64,000 nt of DNA from Cyanobacteria bacterium P01_D01_bin.156. GTDB lineage: Bacteria; Cyanobacteriota; Cyanobacteriia; Phormidesmidales; Phormidesmidaceae. Position 1 is the first letter of the stretch; each line of letters begins with the position of its first letter. This document shows positions 48,099 through 58,761 of this stretch, piece after piece. Under the pieces are notes generated by a model. The model was not told the DNA's origin, did not search any database, and saw nothing but the letters and a program-made list of their open reading frames with translations. A program made the position numbers and the translations under genes. The stretch covers positions 1 to 64,000 of the forward strand of contig JBCCQQ010000008.1 in NCBI GenBank assembly GCA_039024555.1, written 5' to 3'.

Positions 48099-51000
48099 AT
48101 GAGTGACACCCTTAAAACTACTAACAATGCCACATCAGACCGCGTGTTTCGTGCCCTAAAAGAGGCGCGATCTCAGCTGGAAGCCATCGAGCAAGCGCGC
48201 AATGAGCGAGTGGCCGTTGTCGGCATGGCCGGTCGCTTTCCAGGTGCAGACAACCTGGAAGAGTTTTGGCACATGTTGGTAAACGGGGAAACCGGCATTC
48301 GCATGCTTTCAGAAGATGAGCTACTAGCGGCAGGAGTACCAGAAAGTACTTTCAAACAGCCTAATTATGTGCCTGCTTACGCCAGCTTTACCGACCCCAC
48401 ACAGTTTGATGCTCGATTTTTTGGCTATTCTCCCCGTGAGGCAGAACTAATCGACCCGCAGCATCGAGTGTTTCTAGAATGTGCCTGGGCCGCTCTAGAA
48501 GACGCGGGCTACGACAGCCAGCAGTATGACGGCGCCATTGGCGTTTATGGCGGCGCTGCCCTCAATAGCTACGTGGTTAATCTTCACTCCAATCCAGCCA
48601 TACGAGACTCCACAGACCCAGTGCAGGCCGTGGTCAGTAATGTGATGGGCCTGATGCCCACCCGAGTTTCTTATCAGTTAGACCTTAGAGGTCCCAGCTG
48701 CGGCATCCAGACCGGTTGCTCCACCGCCCTGGTGGCTATTCACACCGCATGCCAGAGTCTCCTTAGCCATGAATGTGATATGGCCTTAGCAGGTGGAGTA
48801 ACCGTCAGCAATGCAACGCCCCAAGGATACACCTACCAACCCGATAGCATTGCCGCACCAGACGGTGTCTGTCGTGCCTTTGACGCTAAAGGGCAGGGTA
48901 CCCTATTTGGCAATGGTGTCGGTCTAGTAGTGCTAAAAAGACTCCAGGCTGCCCTGCGGGACGGCGACTACATTTACGGCGTGGTCAAGGGCTCAGCTAT
49001 TAATAACGATGGCGCAGACAAGGTGGGTCTCACCGCTCCCAGCATTTCCGGTCAAGCTAAAGTAATTCAAACTGCCCTAGACCAGGCAGGGATTGCGCCT
49101 AACACCATTAGCTATGTGGAGGGCCACGGTACCGGTACTCCCCTGGGTGACCCCATCGAAGTGGCCGCATTAAACAAAGTCTTCAACTATCCCCAGTCAG
49201 AAGAATTCCGCTGTGCGTTGGGATCTGTCAAAACAAACCTTGGGCACCTAGATGCAGCGGCAGGGGCAGCTGGATTTATAAAAACCGTACTGGCCCTTAA
49301 ACACAAAATTCTTCCACCCAGCCTAAATTTTGAGAAACCCAACCCTAGAATTGACTTCGATCAGGGACCATTTTTTGTCAATCATGAACGTACCGATTGG
49401 GTTAGTGAAACGCCAAAACGTGCTGGAGTAAGCTCTTTTGGCATGGGCGGCACCAATGCCCACGTAATTTTAGAAGAAGCTCCTGTTGCAGAACCTAACA
49501 ACAAAGGTGATGAAACAGAGTCTCGCCCCTGGCAGCTAGTGATGCTCTCTGCTAAGACGCCCACAGCATTGAAACAAATGCAGCACAATCTGGTTGACCA
49601 TCTAAGGGCTCATCCAGATTTACCAATCGCTGATGTGGCCTACACACTGCAGGTGGGTCGTCGTTCCTGGCAACATCGTTGTGTTTATCTATGTCAGACC
49701 ACAGCGGAAGCCATAGATTTACTGTCGGCAACTGAGTCTCCGCTCCAACTTTCTGGTGTAGCCGATCAGGATGAGCGTTCTATCATTTTTATGTTCTCTG
49801 GTCAGGGTTCTCAGCATGTCAACATGGCCCTAGACCTATATGAGTCAGAACCTGTTTTTCGAGCAACCCTCGATCAATGTGCCACCATCTTAGGTGACAG
49901 ATTTGACCTTCTGGCAGCACTTTATCCTAGGCAGAAGAGAAAGGCATTAAGTGGGCAGTCCGACTTCCAACTTCCTCTCACCCATACGGCCAACGCCCAG
50001 CCCACCCTCTTTGTTATAGAGTACGCCCTGGCACAAACCTATCTCTCCTGGGGAATTCAGCCCCATGCGGTGATTGGCCATAGCATTGGGGAATATGTAG
50101 CCGCCTGTGTTGCTGGGATATTTTCTCTAGAGGATGCGCTGACTTTGGTATTGAAGCGAGGGCAACTGATGCAACAGTGTCGGCCAGGGTCAATGCTGTC
50201 GGTGCTGCAATCGGCGGATGTGGTGCGACCTCATCTCCCTGCCAACACTGAGATCGCTGTTATCAATAGTCCACACACCTGCGTTGTATCTGGCCCTACA
50301 AATGTCATCGAAACTCTCAAGACACAGTTAGAAAGCCAGACCATTCCCTGTCGCCTGCTAGAAACTTCCCACGCATTTCATTCTTCCCTGATGGAATCTG
50401 CCTTGGCCGACTTTGATCAGGCACTGCAACAGGTTTCCTTTAACGCACCAAATATCGACATTATTTCCAACGTCTCTGGCACCTGGCTCACAGATACAGA
50501 AGCTACCAACTGTGAATACTGGAAACAGCACCTGCGGCAGACAGTGCTATTTAGTCAAGGAATAACCAAGCTGTTACAGCTAAGTAATCCTGTCTTCTTA
50601 GAACTGGGTCCAGGACATACTCTTACCAAGCTGGTGCAGCAGCATATCTCCTCAGAGCGAAGCTCACATAGCACTGCTATCCAATCTTTGCCCCACCCAC
50701 GCGAGAATAAACCTGACACCGTCACCCTGATGACAGCCCTGAGTAAACTTTGGCTGGCAGGCGTTTCCATTCCATGGGGCAAGTTTTACCAGTCCGAACA
50801 GCGGTATCGCCTACCCTTGCCTACCTATCCTTTTGAGCGAGAGTCCTACTGGATTCCGTTAGAAGAAAGTAGGGTAACTCGGGTTTCTGAAAAATCAGAT
50901 GAATTGGCTAAAACTACCGATATGGCCGACTGGTTTTACATCCCTTCTTGGCAACGTCGACCGGTTACCCGGCCATTGCCGGAGCGCACCAGTGAGTGTT

Positions 51001-52751
51001 GGGTTGTGTTTACGGATGTCCCCAAGCATTGGCAGTCTCTAACCAACAAAGTCAATAAGATTATTTGGGTAACCCCTGGGACAAAATTCTCAGTCAATGG
51101 AGACCGCTACACTATCCATCCTCAAGAGAAAGCTGATTACCAACGCTTAGTAGCCTCTCTAGAAAAAGAGAGTCCAACACAAATAGTTTGCGGATGGGGA
51201 TTATCTTCTGATTTTAATAACGAGTTTCAGTCTTTGCTGTGGCTTATCCAGGCATTAGCAGATACCGACCTAATCCTGTCTGTGCTCACCTGTAATATAC
51301 AGTCTGTCACTGGTGGAGAAGCCCTGAATCTTGACGAGGCTAATGTACTTGGCCTATGTCAGGTAACCCCTCAAGAATATCCAAATGTACGCTGTCGCCA
51401 TATTGATCTGGGCAATATACCTGTCGACCTCCAAGGTGTAATCCAGGAGCTATGTCTGGATTACACTTTAGAAAATCGCTTAATAGCCTATCGCCATGGC
51501 AAACGCTGGCGACAGGCCTATGAACAGATTTCCTTACCCGAACAAACACCCGCCCTCTTAAAACAAGGTGGAACTTACCTGATTGCAGGCGACCTAGTGG
51601 ACGGATTGGGTATGGTATATGCCCAGGCTTTGGTTAAAAACCTTGATGCAAAGCTTATTTTGCTGGGTAGGCCCGGACTCCCAGCCTCTGGTGAATGGGA
51701 AAAGTGGTTAGCCACCCATGGTGCCAACCACAGCGTTAGTTGTTTGATTCGGAAACTGCAGTCCCTTGGCACCGTAGGTGAAACATTTCTTTGGTTCAGC
51801 GGAGATTTAGCCGATACTGCCTGGGTACAAGCTACTGTTACCCAGGCCATGGAAAAATTGGGTGAGATAACGGGAGTTTTCCATGCAGACGTGATGGGCG
51901 ATCAGGCCAGTTGTCCCATTAACAAACTAGGCGAAAGTGACTACCATCGCATCTGTCGGACTAAAGTCCAGGGCATTCAGGTTTTGCAACAAGTCCTTGC
52001 CGACCAGTTAGTTGGTTTCTATGTTCTGCAGTCATCGTTGTCTACCGTTGTTGGCGGCGTTGGGTTTGCCGCCTATGCTGGAGCCAACAGCTATCTTGAT
52101 ACTTTGGCCCACCAAAACAATTTCACTACCCAACCTTGGCTGAGTCTCAATTGGGATGCTTGCCAGCTAAATGAAGCAGCAAGCAGTTCTAACTCCATAT
52201 TGATGGCATCAGCTATGTCTGGCGATGAAGTCTGGCAAACAACTCAGCGAGCCTTAGCTCAAGTCCACAATCCCGCCAGTTGTCCACAGTTGGTGATCTC
52301 ACCACGAAATTTAAAGAACCGCATTATCAATGCATTTACTCCCACCCAAGCAGCAGTAGCTCAAGAATCTTCTTCTGGCAGCAATATGCCTGCCCATGCT
52401 CGACCAGCCCTAACTGCCCCCTATGTCGCTCCCCGTAGTGATATTGAAAAAACAGTAGCCGAGGCCATGGGAGACCTGTTAGGCATTGATGCCGTGGGTG
52501 TTAATGATAATTTCTTTGAACTGGGGGGGCACTCCCTTCTAGCCATTCAGGCAGTTACACGATTACGACAAGAATTTCAAGTGGACTTGCCCATGCGGGC
52601 CTTTCTCTTTGGAGAGCCAACTGTTGCCGGAATAGCCAAAATCATTACTGAGAATCAAGTCTTACTACCCGACGATACACAATCAACCATAGAAAATTTA
52701 CTCGATCAGATTGAGGAAATGAATTCCGAAGAAGTGGAGCAAAGATTATGA
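48099..52751 (+). CDS. PKS module with hybrid-type KS, AT, atypical KR and PCP-like carrier
   Basis: KS AGRFPGA...SEDELLAAGV..PNYV, QTGCSTAL, EGHGTGT, GHLDAAAG; AT GHSIG/HAFH; KR nucleotide loop AGDLVDGLG with catalytic YAGAN; carrier FFELGGHSL. Confidence 0.92.
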   Translation: MSDTLKTTNNATSDRVFRALKEARSQLEAIEQARNERVAVVGMAGRFPGADNLEEFWHMLVNGETGIRMLSEDELLAAGVPESTFKQPNYVPAYASFTDPTQFDARFFGYSPREAELIDPQHRVFLECAWAALEDAGYDSQQYDGAIGVYGGAALNSYVVNLHSNPAIRDSTDPVQAVVSNVMGLMPTRVSYQLDLRGPSCGIQTGCSTALVAIHTACQSLLSHECDMALAGGVTVSNATPQGYTYQPDSIAAPDGVCRAFDAKGQGTLFGNGVGLVVLKRLQAALRDGDYIYGVVKGSAINNDGADKVGLTAPSISGQAKVIQTALDQAGIAPNTISYVEGHGTGTPLGDPIEVAALNKVFNYPQSEEFRCALGSVKTNLGHLDAAAGAAGFIKTVLALKHKILPPSLNFEKPNPRIDFDQGPFFVNHERTDWVSETPKRAGVSSFGMGGTNAHVILEEAPVAEPNNKGDETESRPWQLVMLSAKTPTALKQMQHNLVDHLRAHPDLPIADVAYTLQVGRRSWQHRCVYLCQTTAEAIDLLSATESPLQLSGVADQDERSIIFMFSGQGSQHVNMALDLYESEPVFRATLDQCATILGDRFDLLAALYPRQKRKALSGQSDFQLPLTHTANAQPTLFVIEYALAQTYLSWGIQPHAVIGHSIGEYVAACVAGIFSLEDALTLVLKRGQLMQQCRPGSMLSVLQSADVVRPHLPANTEIAVINSPHTCVVSGPTNVIETLKTQLESQTIPCRLLETSHAFHSSLMESALADFDQALQQVSFNAPNIDIISNVSGTWLTDTEATNCEYWKQHLRQTVLFSQGITKLLQLSNPVFLELGPGHTLTKLVQQHISSERSSHSTAIQSLPHPRENKPDTVTLMTALSKLWLAGVSIPWGKFYQSEQRYRLPLPTYPFERESYWIPLEESRVTRVSEKSDELAKTTDMADWFYIPSWQRRPVTRPLPERTSECWVVFTDVPKHWQSLTNKVNKIIWVTPGTKFSVNGDRYTIHPQEKADYQRLVASLEKESPTQIVCGWGLSSDFNNEFQSLLWLIQALADTDLILSVLTCNIQSVTGGEALNLDEANVLGLCQVTPQEYPNVRCRHIDLGNIPVDLQGVIQELCLDYTLENRLIAYRHGKRWRQAYEQISLPEQTPALLKQGGTYLIAGDLVDGLGMVYAQALVKNLDAKLILLGRPGLPASGEWEKWLATHGANHSVSCLIRKLQSLGTVGETFLWFSGDLADTAWVQATVTQAMEKLGEITGVFHADVMGDQASCPINKLGESDYHRICRTKVQGIQVLQQVLADQLVGFYVLQSSLSTVVGGVGFAAYAGANSYLDTLAHQNNFTTQPWLSLNWDACQLNEAASSSNSILMASAMSGDEVWQTTQRALAQVHNPASCPQLVISPRNLKNRIINAFTPTQAAVAQESSSGSNMPAHARPALTAPYVAPRSDIEKTVAEAMGDLLGIDAVGVNDNFFELGGHSLLAIQAVTRLRQEFQVDLPMRAFLFGEPTVAGIAKIITENQVLLPDDTQSTIENLLDQIEEMNSEEVEQRL

Positions 52752-52831
52752 TTAATTTCTGATTAAATTTCCCTGATAATTGGCCAACCAAATCAATCTT
52801 CTTACTCTCAACTTTCTTAAGACACAAAGAT

Positions 52832-53902
52832 ATGCAATTCAGCCTTTTTTACTTTGACGGTGATGGATTAAACCCTTCAGAAAATCCATACAAATTATTA
52901 ATTGAGAGTGCAAAATTTGCCGACAAAAATGGCTTTAGCGCCGTGTGGACTCCCGAACGCCATTTCCATGCTTTTGGCGGGCTATATCCTAACCCGGCCA
53001 TGACCAGCGCCGCTCTGTCCATGGTTACTGAGAATATTCAACTTCGGGCAGGTAGCGTAGTGCTGCCACTACATCATCCCGTACGGGTAGCTGAGGACTG
53101 GGCTGTAGTTGATCAACTATCCAACGGACGGGCCGCCGTTGCTTTTGCCTCCGGCTGGACAATGGATGAATTTATCCTTTCGCAGGAGCCCCATGGTAGT
53201 CGTAAAGCCGTTATGTGGCAGGGAATTGAAGCCGTCAAAAAGCTTTGGCAAGGTGAGGCTGTGGAATTCTCAGACGCCACTGGACGCCAGGTGAACGCGC
53301 AAACTTTACCTAAGCCAAAGCAGCCTGAATTGCCTATCTGGGTGACCTGCCAATCCATGGAAACCTTTATCGAAGCAGGACGATTAGGGGCAAATATTTT
53401 GACCTCTCTTTTGGGTGAAACCCTAGATCAGGTAGCTCCCAAAATTCAGCGCTATAGAGAATCCATAAAAAAGCATGGTCACGATCCACAATCCTGCACG
53501 GTATCTATGATGATGCACACCTTTTTAGGTGCAGATTTAGACAAGGTAAAAGAGGATATTCGTCAACCCTTTTGTGATTATTTAAAGACTCACTATGGAT
53601 TGCTCGAAAATCTAGCAAAAGGTATGGGATTAAACGTCAGACTTTCGGATTTTTCTGACGATGATTTAGATAGTTTGCTATTATTTGGTGTAGAGGGGTT
53701 TATGAAAGATCGTTCCTTAATCGGAACATCTCAAAGTTGCCAACCATTTATCCAAAAGTTGGAAAGCGTAGGTGTTGACGAGATTGCCTGTTTGATTGAC
53801 TTTGTACAGGATTTTGATACTGTCATGGGCTCGTTGCCATATCTCAGTCAGCTTCAGCAGCTAGTTCAGACACCTACGGAACAGAAAATGGTTGTAGCTT
53901 AG
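52832..53902 (+). CDS. Luciferase-like FMN monooxygenase (natural-product-associated LLM family)
   Basis: MQFSLFYF, AVWTPERHFHAFGGLYPNP, LRAGSVVLPLHHPVRVAEDW, GVDEIACLIDF. Confidence 0.92.
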   Translation: MQFSLFYFDGDGLNPSENPYKLLIESAKFADKNGFSAVWTPERHFHAFGGLYPNPAMTSAALSMVTENIQLRAGSVVLPLHHPVRVAEDWAVVDQLSNGRAAVAFASGWTMDEFILSQEPHGSRKAVMWQGIEAVKKLWQGEAVEFSDATGRQVNAQTLPKPKQPELPIWVTCQSMETFIEAGRLGANILTSLLGETLDQVAPKIQRYRESIKKHGHDPQSCTVSMMMHTFLGADLDKVKEDIRQPFCDYLKTHYGLLENLAKGMGLNVRLSDFSDDDLDSLLLFGVEGFMKDRSLIGTSQSCQPFIQKLESVGVDEIACLIDFVQDFDTVMGSLPYLSQLQQLVQTPTEQKMVVA

Positions 53903-53998
53903 GCAGCTAATCATTGCTGTTCAGTTCTATGAAGCCATTTAGGAAAGAATTTCCTCGGTCGAAAATGGCTGATGCCTTGAAGAGACAGACACATAACC

Positions 53999-56900
53999 AT
54001 GAGTAATTCGCTATCCTCTACATCTGCACTGCGAGATCGTATCTCGTCGCTTTCTCCAGCGCAGAGGAAGCTTTTACGGCAGCAGCTTGAAGCCAAAGGG
54101 ATTTCCTGGGATAAGGTGGCAGGTACTTGTTCTACAGATGCAGAACGCCCCGAACGGTTACCCCTTTCGCCATCACAAAGGCACTTGTGGGTTATTCACC
54201 AGCTGTATCCCGAGACATCAGCCTATAACATTGCTATTACGTTACGGCTAACGGGTGAGTTAAATATACAAGCTCTTACCCAAAGTCTGCAGGCAGTTGT
54301 TCAACGCCATGAGTCTCTAAGAACAGTTTTTGTTCAGCAAGATGACCATCCGTATCAGAGAATTTTGTCGAAGTTGTCGATACAAATTCCTTTTAAGGAT
54401 CTACGGCATGTGTCTAACCCATCGGACACTGTGGATAAGCGGCAGAAACAACTGGCTCATCAGCCCTTTGATCTGGAGCTGGGTCCGTTAATTCGCGCTC
54501 AACTACTGCAACTTGAAAACGACCAGTTTGAATTTATCCTGGTGCTCCACCATCTGGTTGGGGATGGTTGGTCTAGAGGGGTACTGCTTCAGGAATTAGC
54601 CGCTTTCTATCGGGGATATTGCACCAAGCGGCCAACAAATTTACCAGTACTTCAGATTCAGTATGCTGATCATGTTTTACGGCAGCAGTCTCAGTCTCAG
54701 AAGCATTATTATCAGAAGCATTTAGCCTATTGGAAACATCAGCTAGCGAATCTTTTACCTCTAGATTTGCCTGGTCGAACTAGCACTGCCCCATCCACTC
54801 AGAATCCCGATTTTGCCAGCCGGACCCTCACCTGTACGTTTTCACGTGAGCAAACTCAGCTTATTAAACAACTGAGTCAGCAATCTGGGGCAACGCTCTT
54901 TATGGTGTTGCTGGCCATATTTAAGTTGTTGCTACATCGCTACAGTGGACAGCAAGATCTCGCTGTTGGTGTCCCCGTTGCCGGACGTAATACGGCAGAT
55001 GTTGAGCCACTGATCGGCTTTTTTGTGAATACTCTAGTGCTGCGCACTCAGCTCAAAGATCAGCCGGCGTTTCGCGATTGGCTCAAGCAGGTGCAGGGGA
55101 CTGTTGCCGATGCTTTACAGCACCAGGATATTCCCTTTGCTGAAGTGGTGGATGCTCTGGACGTAGAACGCATTCCGGGACAAAATCCTCTGTTCCAGGT
55201 AATGTTCCAGGTGCAAAGTGGCTATCAGCTACAGAATGCTGAGCACTTGGCTGTGGATATGCCAGGAGTATCCATAGAGCAGGGATGGATCGAACTTAAT
55301 CAAACTAAGTTTGACATGAGCTGGCATGTGATTGAGCGGGACGAGTCACTGTTGGTGGCTGTGGAGTATCGAACTGCAATATTTGAGTGCGATCGCATCC
55401 AAACCATGCTCAGCCATTTCCAAACGCTGACAACGGCTGTTTTAGCCAATCCTGATGCTTCTGTTGCAGAGCTATTTATTCTCTCCCCTCAAGAAAGACG
55501 TCAGCTAATAGAGTGGGGCCAAGGAAAAGTTGTTGTTGAGCCTTCTAGAAGGTTTTTCCCACAACGATTTGAGGAACAGGTAGAGAAGACACCGGACAGC
55601 GTTGCCATTCAGGTAGACTCTCCGAATTGCGGATTACAGACACTCACCTATCAGCACCTGAACCAAAGAGCAAATCAGCTTGCCCATTGGCTCGAAGATC
55701 AGGGTGTCGGACCAGAAAGTTTAGTAGGCGTATGTCTCTCCCATGGGGTGGATCTCATGGTAGCGTTGCTGGGCACACTGAAAGCCGGTGGAGCCTACAT
55801 CCCCTTAGATCCGTCTTTACCCAGGACACGTCTGCAATACATGGTGGACGATGCTAATCCTAGGGTTTTACTCACTCAGAGTCAGCATTTAAGCCGTTTA
55901 CTAACAGAAGACAACCCCGCAGATATTCGCAGCAAAGTTGTTCTCCTCTTCGATAAAGACGAACAGGTTTTAACAGAACAGTCTGTTATTGATCCAAAAA
56001 TTAAGATTACCCCCGAGAACCTGGCCTACGTTATATATACCTCAGGTTCAACCGGCCAGCCCAAGGGCACCCTACTTACCCATCGAGGACTGATCAACTA
56101 TTTGGACTGGTGTGTTGCTGCCTATCCGTTGTCTGAAGGCAAAGGCGTTCCCATACCATCATCTATCGGATTTGACGCCACCATTACCAGCCTGTTCTCA
56201 CCGCTATTAGTGGGTCAATCGCTGATTTTCAATACCGATATTTCTGAAATTGAAGCGATTCAATCCGCACTCTCCGCCGGAGTCAGCCTGATTAAACTTA
56301 CTCCCGCCCACCTAAGAGCACTGCAGCCTATACTCAGTGGCCAGTCCCTAGATAAAGATAGCCTACCCAAAGCCCTAGTAATCGGTGGGGAAGCTCTTCA
56401 TGATCATCACGTTAGCCTCTGGAGAGAACAATATCCAGAAGTAACCCTAATTAATGAATATGGCCCAACAGAAGCCGTTGTGGGCTGCTGCGTACACTGG
56501 GTAAGCCATGACGACCAGGGCAGTCTACCCATCGGTCGTCCCATTGATGGCGTCCAGTTTTACGTATTGGATCAATATCTAGAACCAGTACCCGTAGGTA
56601 TTCCAGGAGAACTTTATATCGGTGGCTCTGGTGTTGCCCGTGGATATTTGAATCGCCCAGATTTAACAGCAGAAAAGTTTATTCAAAATCCCTTTGTCGA
56701 GGAGCAGGAGAATAGAAGAGAGCCCCCATCAACCCTCTATAAAACGGGCGACCTAGCCTATTACACCCAAACCGGCACCCTACATTACTTGGGTCGCATT
56801 GATAACCAGATCAAGGTGCGCGGTTTCCGCATTGAACCGGGTGAAATTGAGGCGTTACTCTGTCAACATGCCCAAGTGGATCAGGCTGTTGTTCTGTTGA

Positions 56901-58759
56901 ACCAAGATCATGATCGTGAAAGGCTGGTTGCTTATATAGTTTTCTCGCATAAGGATTCTTCTGATGACAGTTCTTCTCAACTGATTGCTGAGCTTAGGAC
57001 CCATGCGGCTCAAGTGCTACCTGCCTATATGATGCCCACTCAATTTGTGGAGCTGGAGCAGCTGCCTCTCACCAGCAACGGTAAAGTTGATCGAACAGCC
57101 TTACCTAAGCCAAGCATTAAGCAATTTATTCAGGCCAAGGGCTCACCACAGACTGAAAAAGAAGAGGTTCTATTAGATATTTGGCAACAAATTTTAGGCA
57201 GTCAGTCTGTGGGTGTCCATGATAATTTCTTTGAGTTGGGTGGGGATTCTATCTCAGCCATGCAGATTGTTGCCAAGGCGCAGCAGAAAGGATTGTCATT
57301 GACACCGACACAGCTATTTGAGCATCAAACTGTTGCAACCCAGGCCGCTGTTGCCACACAAAAGACTTCTTCAATTCCCCAGACTTCTGTCGTTGGTAAA
57401 GCCCCCCTTGGTCCTATACAGTGGGACTTCTTTGAGCAGGAGCTGCCAGTCCCCAACCACTATAATCAGTCCGTTATGGTAGTGGTTAAGCCAGAGACTA
57501 ACATTGAGCATCTGAAAACTGGTTTGCAACTATTGGTGGATCATCATGATGCGCTTCGACTAAGGTTTCGGAAAGATTCAGAACAGTCTAACTGGCAACA
57601 GTATTATCAGCCTGCTGGAACGGTTGAGGTGCCAGTGAAATGTTTAGAGGTGGCGGATGAACGTCAACTGACTGAGGCTGTTGAGAAACTCCAGGCAAGT
57701 CTTGATCTCACCACAGGCCCTTTATTTAGAGCAGCTCTTTTACGGCTGCAAACCGGCGATAGTCGGCTACTGCTAGTTGCACACCATCTAATTGTTGATG
57801 GGGTTTCCTGGCGTATTCTGTTGGCTGACCTGCTAGACATTTATGGCCAGCTAGAAGCGCAGCAAATGCCGATGCTACCCCAGAAGAGTACCGCGTTTGG
57901 CGATTGGGCTCGCCATGTTCAACAACAGTCTTTTGCAGCCGAATCTGCCCATTGGCTAGACATGTGTAAGGCGGTTCCCCCCTTACCTGTAGACGATTCT
58001 GAGGTTGCCAACATTGTCAAACATCAAACGCAGATTTCTGTTTCTCTAGACGAACAACAAACAGCGCGACTGAAAGCTTTGAAGCTGCCCGTTGATTTAC
58101 TGCTAACAACGGCCTTGGCTCAAACTATTTACCAATGGAGCCGCAATCAAACGCTGGTGATTGATACAGAAGATCACGGTCGCCATAGCTGGAATGATGA
58201 CATCGAGCTGTCGCGCACCGTGGGTTGGTTTACGGCCCTGTTCCCAATCAGGCTATCGCTGCCATTGGGGTCGCTGGATGAACAGCTTACCTATGTGCAG
58301 CAAACCTTGGGCCAAGTGCCTAATCACGGGGTGGGCTATGGTGCTCTGCGAGCGGCTCAGCAGCTTCACCTAAAGTCTCCTGCTCAGATTAGTTTTAACT
58401 ATCTAGGTAGGTTGGATCTGAGCAATTCGGGCGGATTTATTCAGGGTTTAGCACCAGAAACAGTGACGGCAGTGCGCCATGGGGATAACGCTTGCCGCTA
58501 TTTGATGGAAGTGATTGCATTTGTTCAGTCTGATGCGGCTGCCGATACGCTAAAAGTAACCTGGCGCTATGGGCAAGGTTGTTATCGTCGTCGTACGGTG
58601 GAGCAGCTTTCCCAGCGATATTTAACGAATCTAAAATCGCTGATTTCCCACTGCGATAGTAGTGCTAACGTTCAGCAGGCACCGTCTAGAGCTAGCCGTG
58701 TGGATTCACAGCAGCTTAGCCAGTTAATGAGTAAGCTGGCAGCTAGGGGGAGGACATAA
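53999..58759 (+). CDS. NRPS C-A-T-E; A domain predicted Asn/Asp-type
   Basis: C HHLVGDG; A YTSGSTGQPKG, code read by eye as DATKVGEVGK; T GGDSI; E HHLIVDGVSW, EDHGR, RTVGWFT, FNYLG. Confidence 0.93.
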   Translation: MSNSLSSTSALRDRISSLSPAQRKLLRQQLEAKGISWDKVAGTCSTDAERPERLPLSPSQRHLWVIHQLYPETSAYNIAITLRLTGELNIQALTQSLQAVVQRHESLRTVFVQQDDHPYQRILSKLSIQIPFKDLRHVSNPSDTVDKRQKQLAHQPFDLELGPLIRAQLLQLENDQFEFILVLHHLVGDGWSRGVLLQELAAFYRGYCTKRPTNLPVLQIQYADHVLRQQSQSQKHYYQKHLAYWKHQLANLLPLDLPGRTSTAPSTQNPDFASRTLTCTFSREQTQLIKQLSQQSGATLFMVLLAIFKLLLHRYSGQQDLAVGVPVAGRNTADVEPLIGFFVNTLVLRTQLKDQPAFRDWLKQVQGTVADALQHQDIPFAEVVDALDVERIPGQNPLFQVMFQVQSGYQLQNAEHLAVDMPGVSIEQGWIELNQTKFDMSWHVIERDESLLVAVEYRTAIFECDRIQTMLSHFQTLTTAVLANPDASVAELFILSPQERRQLIEWGQGKVVVEPSRRFFPQRFEEQVEKTPDSVAIQVDSPNCGLQTLTYQHLNQRANQLAHWLEDQGVGPESLVGVCLSHGVDLMVALLGTLKAGGAYIPLDPSLPRTRLQYMVDDANPRVLLTQSQHLSRLLTEDNPADIRSKVVLLFDKDEQVLTEQSVIDPKIKITPENLAYVIYTSGSTGQPKGTLLTHRGLINYLDWCVAAYPLSEGKGVPIPSSIGFDATITSLFSPLLVGQSLIFNTDISEIEAIQSALSAGVSLIKLTPAHLRALQPILSGQSLDKDSLPKALVIGGEALHDHHVSLWREQYPEVTLINEYGPTEAVVGCCVHWVSHDDQGSLPIGRPIDGVQFYVLDQYLEPVPVGIPGELYIGGSGVARGYLNRPDLTAEKFIQNPFVEEQENRREPPSTLYKTGDLAYYTQTGTLHYLGRIDNQIKVRGFRIEPGEIEALLCQHAQVDQAVVLLNQDHDRERLVAYIVFSHKDSSDDSSSQLIAELRTHAAQVLPAYMMPTQFVELEQLPLTSNGKVDRTALPKPSIKQFIQAKGSPQTEKEEVLLDIWQQILGSQSVGVHDNFFELGGDSISAMQIVAKAQQKGLSLTPTQLFEHQTVATQAAVATQKTSSIPQTSVVGKAPLGPIQWDFFEQELPVPNHYNQSVMVVVKPETNIEHLKTGLQLLVDHHDALRLRFRKDSEQSNWQQYYQPAGTVEVPVKCLEVADERQLTEAVEKLQASLDLTTGPLFRAALLRLQTGDSRLLLVAHHLIVDGVSWRILLADLLDIYGQLEAQQMPMLPQKSTAFGDWARHVQQQSFAAESAHWLDMCKAVPPLPVDDSEVANIVKHQTQISVSLDEQQTARLKALKLPVDLLLTTALAQTIYQWSRNQTLVIDTEDHGRHSWNDDIELSRTVGWFTALFPIRLSLPLGSLDEQLTYVQQTLGQVPNHGVGYGALRAAQQLHLKSPAQISFNYLGRLDLSNSGGFIQGLAPETVTAVRHGDNACRYLMEVIAFVQSDAAADTLKVTWRYGQGCYRRRTVEQLSQRYLTNLKSLISHCDSSANVQQAPSRASRVDSQQLSQLMSKLAARGRT

Positions 58760-58761
58760 CC

